Positions 8,501 through 18,565 are shown, numbered from the stretch's first letter. The stretch is DNA of 64,000 nucleotides from Ignavibacteriota bacterium (GCA_963776275.1 CAVZMI010000005.1:1-64000), one strand, 5' to 3'. Translations and numbers: made by a program. The notes: generated by a model not told the origin, from the letters alone.

Positions 8501-11500
8501 TGCGCTTGTTGAATTGAAGAACATTGATAATAATAATTCTCCGAATGATATAGTAAAAATTGGCATAACTGATATTAATGGTTATGTAAAATTAGATAAT
8601 CTTCCAGCGAATCCCAGCGGACCCGACCGAGAATTAACTATTAATTGCCCTGGATTTGAGGTTAAAAAAATTGATACTATACCACGAATGCCTATGGGAA
8701 TTAAATGTGATATTCCATTGATATCAATCGATCCCGCAGGAAGTGTTTATGGAGAAGTAATCGATGAAACAGGCGAACCGGTTCATGCCTGGGTTAATGT
8801 TACGGGAGGTGCTAGTATAGAGACAGAATGTTTTCAGCAAATAAAATATATGAAAGGTGGAAAAACAGAAGTTGGTACTATGGTTGCTCCGGGAGCTGCC
8901 CAATTAGGACAAACCAAGATTGTTCCTGCAACTACTCCAGAGGTTATTAAGTCAGGGCAAACAAATATTGGACCTGCAGTAACTTTAGGACCTGCCCAAT
9001 CAGGGCAAACGAAAATTGGAACTGTGGTTGGTCAGGCAGTTAGCCAGCCTCTAATTTCCAAATGTCCAAAGTATGAATTTCATCTTCCGGCACCTAAAGG
9101 AAAGCAAATAATCCATATAACCGCGGATAGTAAATATCTAGATGCCGACACAACTATTAATATAACACAAGAAAATCAAAATGTAGGTAAACTTATCATC
9201 TATAAGAAACTTCATAGATTCCAAGTTATTGTTAAAACAATACCAAAAGTATATGATGACACGGCCTCTTTTGCACTTGAAGGTGCACAAGTTGATTTTC
9301 TGGGTCTCAATAATGTTTCGAAAACTACTGATTCATATGGAAGTGCGTATTTTGTTTTTGAAAGCGATGCCAAGGAATTTACTATTCAGGTGAAAGGACC
9401 ACCGGATCGCGATCTTGAAACACAATTTGTGACATTAACCGATTCATGCTCAAAGACCTGGCGAACAGTTATAGTGACTCTTCCGATAGCCGGCCGTGTG
9501 GTTGGTAAGGTCTACGTTGGTAAGAACAGACAGCCTGTAGAAGGCGCACATGTGTATATGGAAAGTCAGACAACTAATGAGGTTGCTCGAATTGAGACCT
9601 ATACAGGACCCGATGGGTCGTTTATACTACGAAACGTTCCACTCGGGAATCATACATTTTCCGCAGCAAAGGGCGGTTCTTTTACTATAGGTGATTCCGA
9701 ACGTGTCGTGGTCACTGATACAGGATTTGGAATATATACTAATGTCCCCGGATCGATACAAGGAGGAATACTGAGAGATATCAAAATATACCAGCAGCAG
9801 ATATTAATCAGCCCTCAGTATTCGACAGCAACATATACCTATAATTTTAAATCTATCGATTCATTACGATTTCTATTAACGATTTACAATAATATGGATA
9901 TTGACCGGCTGCTTGGCTTCCCCATTGAGGTTACACAGCTCAAGCAGGAAGGAGAAAAGGTTTCTATATGGGGCCAGTTTATTCGCCTGCCGTCAAATAA
10001 TCAATTCAAGATTAATTCAAGTAAGTGTCTTCGATTTTCTAACATCGCCATAGTCCCGGGAAATAAAGTTGATAGTATAAATATACCAATCGCCACACCG
10101 GCATCAGGAGTTGTTCCGGTAGATGACAATATGTTCGAGATTGATACAATTATGCAATCATTTAACGGCACCGTTACAGCCCGAAATGGCACACTCCAGG
10201 TAAAAGATGTAAATAATACCGGATCGGGAATCATCCGGGGGAAAGTAGCAATTTATGCGGGTTCTTTCCAGACCGGAGGAGCTGTTTCGTTTCCTCACGA
10301 TAGTGTTGTGTTGATGCTCCCCGGGACTTCAAGTGTAAACGAGCGGATGAATGTGCCTGTTGTGGCGGCGTCGGAATCGGATCTTGCGAATGTTCCGGAT
10401 GGTTTCAATGTTGTCGATATCAAAGGGAACCCGCTCCGCTACACACTTTACACATTTGATACAAGCGCGGTTGCTGATCCAAATGCATCGTTTGTTACTA
10501 ATGGATTATTAAAACTCGCTACACATCTCCATACAAATATTCCCACTGTTTCACCGTCCGACCTCAATCTTGATATAGGTATTGTATCTATAACTCCTAC
10601 CAGTGTGCAATGCAATCCAAAAGGAGATGCAATTTCTATTCAAATTGAAAAATGGAAATTGATGAGCAAGAATTGGTCTTTTGATAATCATGGATTGGTT
10701 CTTCATAATGATACGTTGAAAACAGGGGTGGTAGATATTCCAGTCATAAATGATTTTCCGATTTCTCCAACAGATTTAGAAACAGGTAGTCTACAGTTTG
10801 ATTTTAGTAATATGAAACTCGCTGGTTTTGTTCCAATGATGATAACCGGTAATCCATTCTTTGTATATAACCAGTCTATAGGAATTGATAAACAGGGACA
10901 TTGGTCTATCATGGTAGTCCCGAAATCGGGTACAGAGGAATGTGCCAGAATTAATTCACTTCCGGGTATGAATGCCGGCGATATTATTTCAATAAGTGAT
11001 TTCTATGTGTTAAGCAATGGAGAAACCGGTATTACAGCAAATCAGAATGCACCGGCTGTTACATTATATACTGTAGCTTCATTTAAACCGCTTCAAGTAG
11101 TTGAGTATGAAGACAAAATTGTTATTCAGGGGAATCTGAATTTACATATTCCAAATTTGGGAGAACAATACACATCGATTATCTATACAAGGAATCCTGA
11201 TCAAAGTATCGCTTTTACATTTGTGCCGACGCGAATTGAGTTCGATGTAAATGATGTTAGAATCACGATTCCCGGAGATGTTTCAATGCAATCTCTTGAT
11301 AAGAAAGGATTTTTGGCCCAGGGGAATATTTCCCAAGAGGGTAAATTTAATTTCAAGATGCATTTTTATCGTACTGTCGATTCGACATCTCTCTGGGTCG
11401 GTCCGGGGGATTCATCAAACATCTCATCCACTGGCAGCTCAAAACTTACAGGTATCGTAGGCAACATGTTTGTCACGTCGGATCATTGGAATAATTTTTA

Positions 11501-12380
11501 CTTTGAGGGCGATCTCACTGGTACATATGGTGTAAGTAGTCATATGAAATTTAACGTATCCAACGAGGTAATAGCCGAAGATCAGATATTCGGTATAGAG
11601 AATCTCGAGCTGCCGATCGGCAATATCACTATAATGTACGATTTTACCAATCACAGATTTATCGGCAGTGTCGATTTTACAAAGGGAATTGATTGGGGAA
11701 CAATACGTATATACGGCTGCGCTGAGATTGTGATTGACGAAGGTGGCTGGTATTTTCTAAGTGGTGCATATGTGAAAATTCCCGGATATGAGGCGTCGGC
11801 GGGATTGATAATAGGTAATTATGAAATGACGGAACATATCAAAAGTGTCTTTGCAAATTATTCATGGGTATATCTAAATAAAGGAGATTTCCCTCCAATT
11901 TTCCCGAAAGTGGTAAAGGGAATGTATACCGAGGGAGAATTGGCAGTACCACTTATTCCTCCCCTTATCGTTGATCTTGTCGTTGTCAATGCAGAAGCCG
12001 GGATTCAAATTGGAGCCGATGTGCGGTTGGGTATTACATTTGAACACGGAGCAACGTTTGGTATAGGTGCTGATTTATTCGGACAAGCTTACGCACAGTT
12101 AGGCGCTTCAATTATTGTTGCATGTGCCTATATTAATGTTTCAGTGCCGGTCGATTTATCATTCGACGGGCAAATCTCGACGGACGGAACTTGGTTTATG
12201 GACGGTGATGCTTCGATAGGATTGTGCGGTTCAGTTACAGTCGGATGGGGGATTTGCGATTCCGATTGCAGCTGGGATACCTGTGATACTGATTCATGGG
12301 GGGGATGTAAATATATCGGTCTGAAGTCACATATTGGCAGCGATGGCTTTTCGATCACACCATATATAAAAGAAGAGTAG
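5589..12380 (+). CDS. Giant secreted multi-domain protein (~2,260 aa): TANFOR-like/Ig N-terminus, duplicated ~280-aa module, carboxypeptidase-regulatory-like Ig domains, beta-rich C-terminal half
   Basis: 6.8-kb open frame with signal peptide (..SNA|QN). N-terminal motifs PSPYLS, GRLPEDNY.LC, P.LVMP.N, FQWTP, GKTYVWQVQA. Repeated G.V....G.PV.GA.V Ig motifs. Confidence 0.85.
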   Translation: MKTTMRCTVKTIIIFYVLLTIGYRSNAQNSSWSSTLIITPNPSPYLSAWQSDPRILMFMVNYTGKSSVTITFQGAVTGKRYGNIATVKGNTILMPPGPQSRVYRNTDILKIEESSFEGKLPAVVRQTGRLPEDNYTLCISVLDENGNILTRQCEQFSISLPDQPQLVMPQNNDTVVFATPTFQWTPVITPPGVNVRYVIRICEILSGQLPVKALTANVPQFERILTGPTLIVYPSYALPFESGKTYVWQVQAIDANGQPAAANQGRSEIWIFTYKKSTPLIISTKPFYVTSTSVHGTLQYEWPGSTRPRHALANTLISLNIEYVFYPKGELPVILQKSQLPASTTDVGKEIATTTTNGNGGFSFSLSAPQGIPRISKDTSIQIPNRGAVKGDLYRVVRVIVHNAYYRSPDHDVSFNTGSNIDVGTIIAQARRWDLVVQVGIAGQSNNTMPSGSIAYLYQKKVFSAAPQDIGDLNLKPRPMWGSRTLIAKDSVRNGQVLFSYLVQNKIPGDEYLVFIQAPGMSQINYVDSLTVMYSGKPNKNLNIFYNDNSIFTDEVKNYQTGQVKISLKYISSVVTGHLTYSFSCPIIIQQSNNKSLNISPGQQPTNQTSNPLQIQNPANQLSNINPNQQPTNQTSNPLQIQNPANQLSNINPNQQPVNQPSNTLQIQKSTNQPSKITPNQQPTYQPSNVHLQPMMVPICKPLAGVRARLVLKYVLVLTDGTESVSTLASFPDANMELGVATSDPSGTVSFSVMVPTGFFDNLGTFGCVGTGIAYCKRVIRVIIDNPYYCSPNSDIELKPLNSQDFGTLCCQVRTFQLYLATRDGITDDPIPFLYVYLLRTKRPPTVPEDECPDYNDNISKMMYGGKVYNVIAKIETDTCHWIMFAGLVKNDSKNSQDYYFLLLKPDPKSNINYDTTYRIIQFDCHGEHAVFNDEYNQNTYIDTLICKLKPLPPYVSATVIRSDGGKPAPGALVELKNIDNNNSPNDIVKIGITDINGYVKLDNLPANPSGPDRELTINCPGFEVKKIDTIPRMPMGIKCDIPLISIDPAGSVYGEVIDETGEPVHAWVNVTGGASIETECFQQIKYMKGGKTEVGTMVAPGAAQLGQTKIVPATTPEVIKSGQTNIGPAVTLGPAQSGQTKIGTVVGQAVSQPLISKCPKYEFHLPAPKGKQIIHITADSKYLDADTTINITQENQNVGKLIIYKKLHRFQVIVKTIPKVYDDTASFALEGAQVDFLGLNNVSKTTDSYGSAYFVFESDAKEFTIQVKGPPDRDLETQFVTLTDSCSKTWRTVIVTLPIAGRVVGKVYVGKNRQPVEGAHVYMESQTTNEVARIETYTGPDGSFILRNVPLGNHTFSAAKGGSFTIGDSERVVVTDTGFGIYTNVPGSIQGGILRDIKIYQQQILISPQYSTATYTYNFKSIDSLRFLLTIYNNMDIDRLLGFPIEVTQLKQEGEKVSIWGQFIRLPSNNQFKINSSKCLRFSNIAIVPGNKVDSINIPIATPASGVVPVDDNMFEIDTIMQSFNGTVTARNGTLQVKDVNNTGSGIIRGKVAIYAGSFQTGGAVSFPHDSVVLMLPGTSSVNERMNVPVVAASESDLANVPDGFNVVDIKGNPLRYTLYTFDTSAVADPNASFVTNGLLKLATHLHTNIPTVSPSDLNLDIGIVSITPTSVQCNPKGDAISIQIEKWKLMSKNWSFDNHGLVLHNDTLKTGVVDIPVINDFPISPTDLETGSLQFDFSNMKLAGFVPMMITGNPFFVYNQSIGIDKQGHWSIMVVPKSGTEECARINSLPGMNAGDIISISDFYVLSNGETGITANQNAPAVTLYTVASFKPLQVVEYEDKIVIQGNLNLHIPNLGEQYTSIIYTRNPDQSIAFTFVPTRIEFDVNDVRITIPGDVSMQSLDKKGFLAQGNISQEGKFNFKMHFYRTVDSTSLWVGPGDSSNISSTGSSKLTGIVGNMFVTSDHWNNFYFEGDLTGTYGVSSHMKFNVSNEVIAEDQIFGIENLELPIGNITIMYDFTNHRFIGSVDFTKGIDWGTIRIYGCAEIVIDEGGWYFLSGAYVKIPGYEASAGLIIGNYEMTEHIKSVFANYSWVYLNKGDFPPIFPKVVKGMYTEGELAVPLIPPLIVDLVVVNAEAGIQIGADVRLGITFEHGATFGIGADLFGQAYAQLGASIIVACAYINVSVPVDLSFDGQISTDGTWFMDGDASIGLCGSVTVGWGICDSDCSWDTCDTDSWGGCKYIGLKSHIGSDGFSITPYIKEE
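7383..7655 (+). repeat. In-frame 78-bp tandem repeat (26 aa, Q/N/P-rich), ~3.5 copies
   Basis: Units start at 7383, 7461, 7539 and 7617 (INPNQQPTNQTSNPLQIQNPANQLSN). Confidence 0.95.
8856..9030 (+). repeat. In-frame degenerate 48-bp tandem repeat (16 aa), ~4 copies
   Basis: GGKTEVG, LGQTKIV, SGQTNIG and SGQTKIG at 8856, 8904, 8952 and 9000. Confidence 0.8.
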
Positions 12381-12409
12381 ACATTGGAAATAGAAAGAGA
12401 GAATTAACA

Positions 12410-14434
12410 ATGAAAACAATAGGATATCCATTCATTTTCTGGATATTGATAGGAATTTCGTGCGCTTTTGCTCAGAAGTCGGAGAAAAGCATTGCAATGG
12501 GTGGGGCGCGGGGAATTTTTATCCACGCTGGAAAGGATGTCGCCTCAACATATTCACCGGTCAACGGGAAAATTGGATACAGAATCGAAAGAAAGAAAAA
12601 GCTGGAGAAAATATGGTCTCGATTGATTGATCTCGAAGGCCCTACATCTGAAAATGATTTCATAAATCGCTTTCGGGAAAGTGCAAATCTGGTTCCGGAT
12701 CCTCTTACAGAGAATGAAGCACCGATATCTCTTTTATGGGAAAAAATTAACAGGTGGCATAGAATTGATTCGTTGCACATGTGGAGTTCCGTTCTCCAGA
12801 TACGAATAGCGTTGGGTGTCATGTATGTGGATACGACCGCTGAGAAAGGGATACAATATGAATATCGTGTTTCCACTCTTACATCAGAAAGAAACGTGGG
12901 TACCGTTGCGATTTCGGCGCCGATATCGTATCCCGAGAAAGTTCAGTTTGCCGCAGTGAAGGCGAGTCGTAAAACCGCCGATCGGTATAAAATTGAAGTC
13001 AGGTGGAAAATCGGATACGGAAGATCGCCGGCAGCTTTTTCAATTTACCGGAACGACGGCCCGCAATCAGAGTTTCACCGGATTATGCCGAAGAGATTTT
13101 TTATAAGAGAAAAAGGTTCACTTTCGTACGTTATTCAGGACGAGTCGTTCCTGGGGCAGCAAAATTATTCGTATTATGTCGTCCCTCACGATGTTTTTGG
13201 TAACATCGGTTCGCCCTCCGATACGGTCGTCGTTGCTTCAACACCCATTTCTTCAATCAAGCTTCCTGAACGATTGAGGGCAGAAAGTCTCGATACTTTA
13301 GGCGGACTCCGTCTGCGATGGAAACTGGATGAGCCTGAGGCGATTAAAAGCCTTCTTATATATCGGAGTGAGGATTGGGATTCCGGATACCATCTGCTTG
13401 CATCAGTCGCACCCACGGATACAGAGTACATCGATCAATCGGTTCAGGCGATGAAACGTTATTTTTATTGTATGACAATGAAAAGTCCGTTCGACGAAGA
13501 ATCCGGGGCGACGGTGAAAATACTCGGATACTACAGGAGTGCTGATAAGCCTTTGCCGCCGCAGAATCTGCGCGGAGAAGGGATTGCTAAGGGTGTCCGT
13601 CTTCAGTGGGACATGAGTTCTGAGGATGTAATCGGATTTTATGTATTTCGCGGAAGAGGATGGAGCGATTCTTTAGAGCAGATATCACAGTTAATTCCAT
13701 ATAACAAAAAAGGGATGACCTATATCGATACAAGCTCTGCACTTGTCGGGAATATCTCTTATATCTATACCGTGAAAGCCGAAAGTAGAAGTCATGTTCT
13801 GGGTGGTTTCTCGGAGAAAATATCCGTCAGGCCCTTGATACCGACAGAGCCCCTCATGCCGTTAAAATTTTCGGCTGAGTTGGACGGAAAATATGTGCGT
13901 CTGCACTGGCTGGATATGAAAACCTCGGATGTAAATATTGCAGGATATTTTGTTCTCCGCCGTGAAAGTAAAGATAAGGAATTAAAGAAGAAAGAATTTG
14001 TAAAAATTGTAGATTCACTTCTTCCCTATACTCAAAATTATTATGTAGATAAGAGCATAGAGGAAGGCCATACATACGAATATGCGATCCAGTCTGTCGA
14101 TTATTTTAATGGAAAAAGCAAGCTGAGCTCCGTAGAGCGTGTTGTTGTTGGAATTGAATTACCATTGGCGCCGGTTGCTGTTCAAGCCGAGGTAAGATCA
14201 GATGGCGTTTTCATTCGGTGGGGAGCTGTGATTCATCCTAATGTTGCATCGTATAAAATTCACCGTTCTCAGCTTGGAGGGAAAGAAGCCGTCATTGCGA
14301 CTGTCAAACCGAACAAACTTGAATATCTCGACGACAAGGTCAAAAGTGGAACATTATATTTTTATACTATAACAACAATGTGGAAAAACGGCCGTGAGAG
14401 TATTCCAAGCAAAGAAATTACGATTCGTCCATAA
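12410..14434 (+). CDS. Secreted multi-fibronectin type III domain protein
   Basis: Signal peptide (..AFA|QK); about five P.P..L...V.L.W......Y.IYR...YID....G..Y.Y repeats. Confidence 0.85.
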   Translation: MKTIGYPFIFWILIGISCAFAQKSEKSIAMGGARGIFIHAGKDVASTYSPVNGKIGYRIERKKKLEKIWSRLIDLEGPTSENDFINRFRESANLVPDPLTENEAPISLLWEKINRWHRIDSLHMWSSVLQIRIALGVMYVDTTAEKGIQYEYRVSTLTSERNVGTVAISAPISYPEKVQFAAVKASRKTADRYKIEVRWKIGYGRSPAAFSIYRNDGPQSEFHRIMPKRFFIREKGSLSYVIQDESFLGQQNYSYYVVPHDVFGNIGSPSDTVVVASTPISSIKLPERLRAESLDTLGGLRLRWKLDEPEAIKSLLIYRSEDWDSGYHLLASVAPTDTEYIDQSVQAMKRYFYCMTMKSPFDEESGATVKILGYYRSADKPLPPQNLRGEGIAKGVRLQWDMSSEDVIGFYVFRGRGWSDSLEQISQLIPYNKKGMTYIDTSSALVGNISYIYTVKAESRSHVLGGFSEKISVRPLIPTEPLMPLKFSAELDGKYVRLHWLDMKTSDVNIAGYFVLRRESKDKELKKKEFVKIVDSLLPYTQNYYVDKSIEEGHTYEYAIQSVDYFNGKSKLSSVERVVVGIELPLAPVAVQAEVRSDGVFIRWGAVIHPNVASYKIHRSQLGGKEAVIATVKPNKLEYLDDKVKSGTLYFYTITTMWKNGRESIPSKEITIRP

Positions 14435-14459
14435 TAATCATCGAAAAGAGGATGCACCT

Positions 14460-16257
14460 GTGCATCAGACGAGAATACCATACTGGTTCATGACCCTGTT
14501 CTTTTGTATCGGTATCCATACCATCGTGTACGGACAAAATGGGCCCGATCGGGTTATCTCAAATTACACATCGAACGAACTCCAACCCGCCATACCACCA
14601 TCATCGCAAATGACGGATTCTTCTTCGCTAATTCAGAAAGCATTTTCCTTTTACGGTGATATTGGAACGTATGGAGAACTCTATAGTGTGTCAGGGATCG
14701 AAAAACGGAGGCCGACGGGAACCGGGAGAATATTTTTCCGTCCGACCCTTTCAATATTCAATACACTCACTTTTAATTTCGATTTGTTGCTTTCTACGGA
14801 GGGAAATGCTGCACGTCAGTCGATGAATCAAATCGCGGTCCATCCTGAATGGTCATGGGGGCGTGCGCAGCGCCGGTGATTTTGGTTTGCAACTTTCGGA
14901 ACTGACAATGAACGGTGTCCCAATTCGGGGTGGTGGTCTCGAATTGTACCCCGGATTGCTCCGGTTTATGGCTGTCGGGGGGATGACGAAACGGGCCGTT
15001 GAAGGAAATGTTGTTGACGCATCCTTCGACCGGGTTATTGCCGGGATGAAGCTAGGAATAGGCCGTGAAGGCGGGGATTTTTTTGATATCAATGTCGTTC
15101 GTGCCTGGGATATAGGCAGTTCATTATCACCCCCACAGAATATCGATTCGCTGTATAAAAAGGATAGTACCAATGTCATTGACTCTCTTTATGCCACCAC
15201 AGCAAATGATGCTTTTGTCACCACACCACAAGAAAATCTCGTTGCGGGAATCAGCACCGGCTTTTCGGTGTTCGACGGGATGGTGAAATTTAGTGGCGAA
15301 GCAGCCGGTAGCCTATATACAAGCGATATGAATGCATCTGGTATTTCCGATAGTTCTTCGTTGAAATTAAAGGCATTCAAATCACTGAACTCATTGTACC
15401 ACATACGGCTTAGTACTTCGGCAGATTATGCTCTTAAGACACAACTTTCACTGAATTTCCGCGCGTTGAACATCCATGCGGGATTTACCCGCATTGGAAC
15501 GAGTTATACCTCGCTCGGATTGGCTTCTCAGATCAATGACCGTCAGGGTGTTAACTTTGGTTTAACGACACAATTTCTCGACGGCGCCGTCGTCCTCACA
15601 GGCAACTATGATAATTCATCCGATAATCTTGTGAAGCAGAAGTTATATACAACCACCCGGTCCTCGATCACGGCAAATCTGGGTCTCCGTCCGAGCGCCA
15701 TCATGTATGTTATGCTGGTTTTCAGATCTGACATCCTCGGAAACGACGCAACCAACGACACTATGAAAATTGATAATAAAATCGCTTCATATATGGCAAA
15801 TGTTTCATTCTTTTTTACTTTAGGTACGATAAGCAATACACTGACGTTATCCGGTGCATATCAGAACTCGGATGACGGCAATATTTTGAGGATTGGATAT
15901 AATACCGGATCAACGAACTTGATGGTAAATATATCAAGTGCATTGAGTGCGGATCTGAGTATCAGTCCGTTTGTCGGTTTTACGGGAACAAAAACAGGAG
16001 AGACAAAAACAAATCTTATGACATTTGGCGGCGGCCTGAACTACCGTGTATTTGATGGAAAATTAAATAACAATATTTCGATCTCAGTGAGCAGCGGACA
16101 GGAAGCAAAAAATACTAGTATCCAGCTCCAGAGCAGTTATCCAATATGGATGAGCGACGCAGTAAGTTTAAGTCTGCGTTATACAACTGCCAGAGGAACT
16201 CAAACGAACTCTTTTAAAGAGAGCCTTGCTAGTTTGACCTGGACTCATAGATTTTAA
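14460..16257 (+). CDS. Predicted outer-membrane beta-barrel protein; one frameshift near 14870
   Basis: GTG start after GAGG and a signal peptide. ORFs 14394-14879 and 14863-16257 join at WGRA|AGDF. Alternating amphipathic strands and a C-terminal SLTWTHRF BAM-type signal. Confidence 0.75.
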
Positions 16258-16286
16258 TCGGCTGATTAATTGATATTAAGCGGGCA

Positions 16287-16475
16287 GTCAGGCGCCTACG
16301 CCGTTCAATAACCTCCAGTGAAGAATTTGCCAGAAAACTAAATACGTCGGAGAAGAAATATAACGCTCAATTCAAGGTTATTTTTTGCGCCGGGGGTGCA
16401 TCAGCCATTGGTTGAAAAGCGATCCGAGATTTATTTACGCCTCTCGAGCCGAAGTGACATCCGGTCGGTTTCAGT
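16287..16475 (+). pseudogene. Remnant of the C-terminus of an ORF6N-domain DNA-binding protein, interrupted by a 30-nt palindromic insert
   Basis: Translates VRRLRRSITSSEEFARKLNTSEKKYNAQFKVIF[insert 16386-16415]KAIRDLFTPLEPK*HPVGF. Confidence 0.55.
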
Positions 16476-16618
16476 CAATATGTGGAATAAAGTTTTTGCG
16501 GCGGCTGGAAAATAGGTGTCATAATGATTACATTTTGCTTGCAGTATGAGTTCACTTCCTCAGTATTTTAGTATTACGAGTGTGTAGAAAAGTAATTTGT
16601 ATTGGAAAGAAAAACTGT

Positions 16619-17512
16619 ATGAAATATTTTTTAAATGTTATTTATTTCATATTTCTCTGTGCTATTGTGACGTCGTTGGTTCAATATACGTTATACAGCC
16701 AGACTAAAACCGAATCCTGGTTTAAAGTAAAACAAATTGCAGACAAAGTGTGGCGCATTGACGATCACGGTAGTGATAACATATATCTTGTTGAAGGCAG
16801 GGATGAAGCCTTATTAATCGATGCAGGAACAGGCGTGGCTGATTTGTCCGGATATATTAAATCCATCACCGCACTACCTGTCATTGTCGTCAATACACAC
16901 GGTCATCTCGATCATTGTGGAAGCGATTACCAGTTTAAAGAGGTATATGCTCACCCACTGGAATTTGAGATGATTAAATTTTATTGCAACGAAGATTATC
17001 ATAGAGGAGCGGTTGAGAAAGTCGAAAATGACTCACCCCAACTCGCTCCGTTGTTGGTGAGAGATTTTGAAAATGTCGGTATGCCTGACCTATTGCCTGT
17101 AAAGGAAGGTTTTATTTTCGATCTCGGGAAAAGGAAACTTGAGGTGATCGAGGTACCGGCTCATACAAAAGGAAGTATTTGTTTGTTGGATGCTGAGGAT
17201 AAACTGCTGTTTACAGGAGATAACAACAATAATGTTGTATGGCTTTTTATGGATGGATGTCTTCCGGTCGAATCCTATTTAATGATTCTACAAAAATTGC
17301 AGCGGCGTTCGGGAGAGTTCAATACCGTTCTTTCAGGTCATGGTGAACCTATTGATAAGGAATTTATCGATGAACAGGTCGTCTGCGCTCAGAATATTCT
17401 AAGCGGCGATTGTAAAGGAGAACCGTATAAAACCTTTGTTGATTATGCAAAAGTGTGCTACTATAAAAGAGCCGGGATTGTTTTTAATCCGGATAATCTC
17501 CGTGTGAAGTAA
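16619..17512 (+). CDS. MBL-fold metallo-hydrolase, probably secreted
   Basis: LIDAG, THGHLDH (HxHxDH), PAHTKGS, LFTGD and SGHG motifs; hydrophobic N-terminus. Confidence 0.85.
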   Translation: MKYFLNVIYFIFLCAIVTSLVQYTLYSQTKTESWFKVKQIADKVWRIDDHGSDNIYLVEGRDEALLIDAGTGVADLSGYIKSITALPVIVVNTHGHLDHCGSDYQFKEVYAHPLEFEMIKFYCNEDYHRGAVEKVENDSPQLAPLLVRDFENVGMPDLLPVKEGFIFDLGKRKLEVIEVPAHTKGSICLLDAEDKLLFTGDNNNNVVWLFMDGCLPVESYLMILQKLQRRSGEFNTVLSGHGEPIDKEFIDEQVVCAQNILSGDCKGEPYKTFVDYAKVCYYKRAGIVFNPDNLRVK

Positions 17513-17605
17513 GAACATATTAAACTATACAAGCGTCGTTCCAATCACGGCTGTCGGTAAGTTGATCTATTACACCAAGGGCAAACGGCGAGCGCCATAA
17601 ATATC

Positions 17606-18565
17606 ATGTTTCGAAAAATTATTACAGTTACTTTAAATACTTCAATCGATGTTATAATTGAAGTCCCGCAATTTACCGATAATGCCGTACTCGATGCAGA
17701 ATCGTATACCAGAATTGCAGCAGGGAAAGGAATCAATGTCGCGCATGCGCTTGCAGCGTTGGGCGAGAAGGTTCTGGCTATGGGAATCGTCGGCAAAAAG
17801 TCGAAAAAAGACTTTGCCTCCGTCGCATCCCGGCGAATACAAACAAGTTTCGTCTATACAGAAGGATCAACCCGTAGGAATACAACCGTTATACAGAAAC
17901 AGAATGGAGCTACAACACATATCCGCTCAAAAGGGTATCAGGTCAATGACGCGATTATCTCGCGTATAAGGCAAAAATTAAAAAGTGCGGTTGATAAAAA
18001 CGACATAGTCGTTTTTTGTGGAAGTCTCCCGCCTGGTGCAAAGGGTGGAGTGTACGGTGATTTCACTGAGCTTTGTGTCGCAAAAGGGGCGTTTACAGTG
18101 CTGGATACATCCGGGATACCGCTTCTTGAAGCGATCGCAGCAAACCCGCAAATGATCAAGCTTAATCGTGCTGAGTTTCAGACAACCTTTGGTGTAAGTA
18201 GTTGTGATGATGAGCAAGTTATGCTTAATCGAATGAATGTGTTGGTGAATAACGGTATTTCGTATGTATCGGTAACGCTCGGTTCAGATGGTGTCATTGT
18301 AATAAAGGAAAATGAGAATGCTGCAATGAAGGTAAGTATAGATTTGGGTCCTGAATACGCAAATCGGAAAGTAGTAGGATCGGGTGATGCATCACTTGCG
18401 GGATTTGTCTACGGGATAAAGAAAAAGCTGCCATACAATGAAATGGTACGGTGGGGAGTAGCGTGCGGCGCGGCGAATGTGTTGTCGAAAATTCCGGGTT
18501 ACATCAATATTAAGGATGTAGAACGGCTGATGAAACGGGTGAGGCTAGAGTATATACAATTTTAG
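17606..18565 (+). CDS. 1-phosphofructokinase-family (PfkB) hexose kinase
   Basis: TVTLNTSID, AGKGINVA, GSLPPG, LDTSG and VGSGDA motifs. Confidence 0.9.
   Translation: MFRKIITVTLNTSIDVIIEVPQFTDNAVLDAESYTRIAAGKGINVAHALAALGEKVLAMGIVGKKSKKDFASVASRRIQTSFVYTEGSTRRNTTVIQKQNGATTHIRSKGYQVNDAIISRIRQKLKSAVDKNDIVVFCGSLPPGAKGGVYGDFTELCVAKGAFTVLDTSGIPLLEAIAANPQMIKLNRAEFQTTFGVSSCDDEQVMLNRMNVLVNNGISYVSVTLGSDGVIVIKENENAAMKVSIDLGPEYANRKVVGSGDASLAGFVYGIKKKLPYNEMVRWGVACGAANVLSKIPGYINIKDVERLMKRVRLEYIQF

Noticed and set aside
5589-12380. Polymorphic toxin (Rhs/CdiA) or T9SS cargo
   Set aside because: No YD/RHS core, haemagglutinin repeats, recognisable toxin tip, immunity gene or T9SS CTD pattern.
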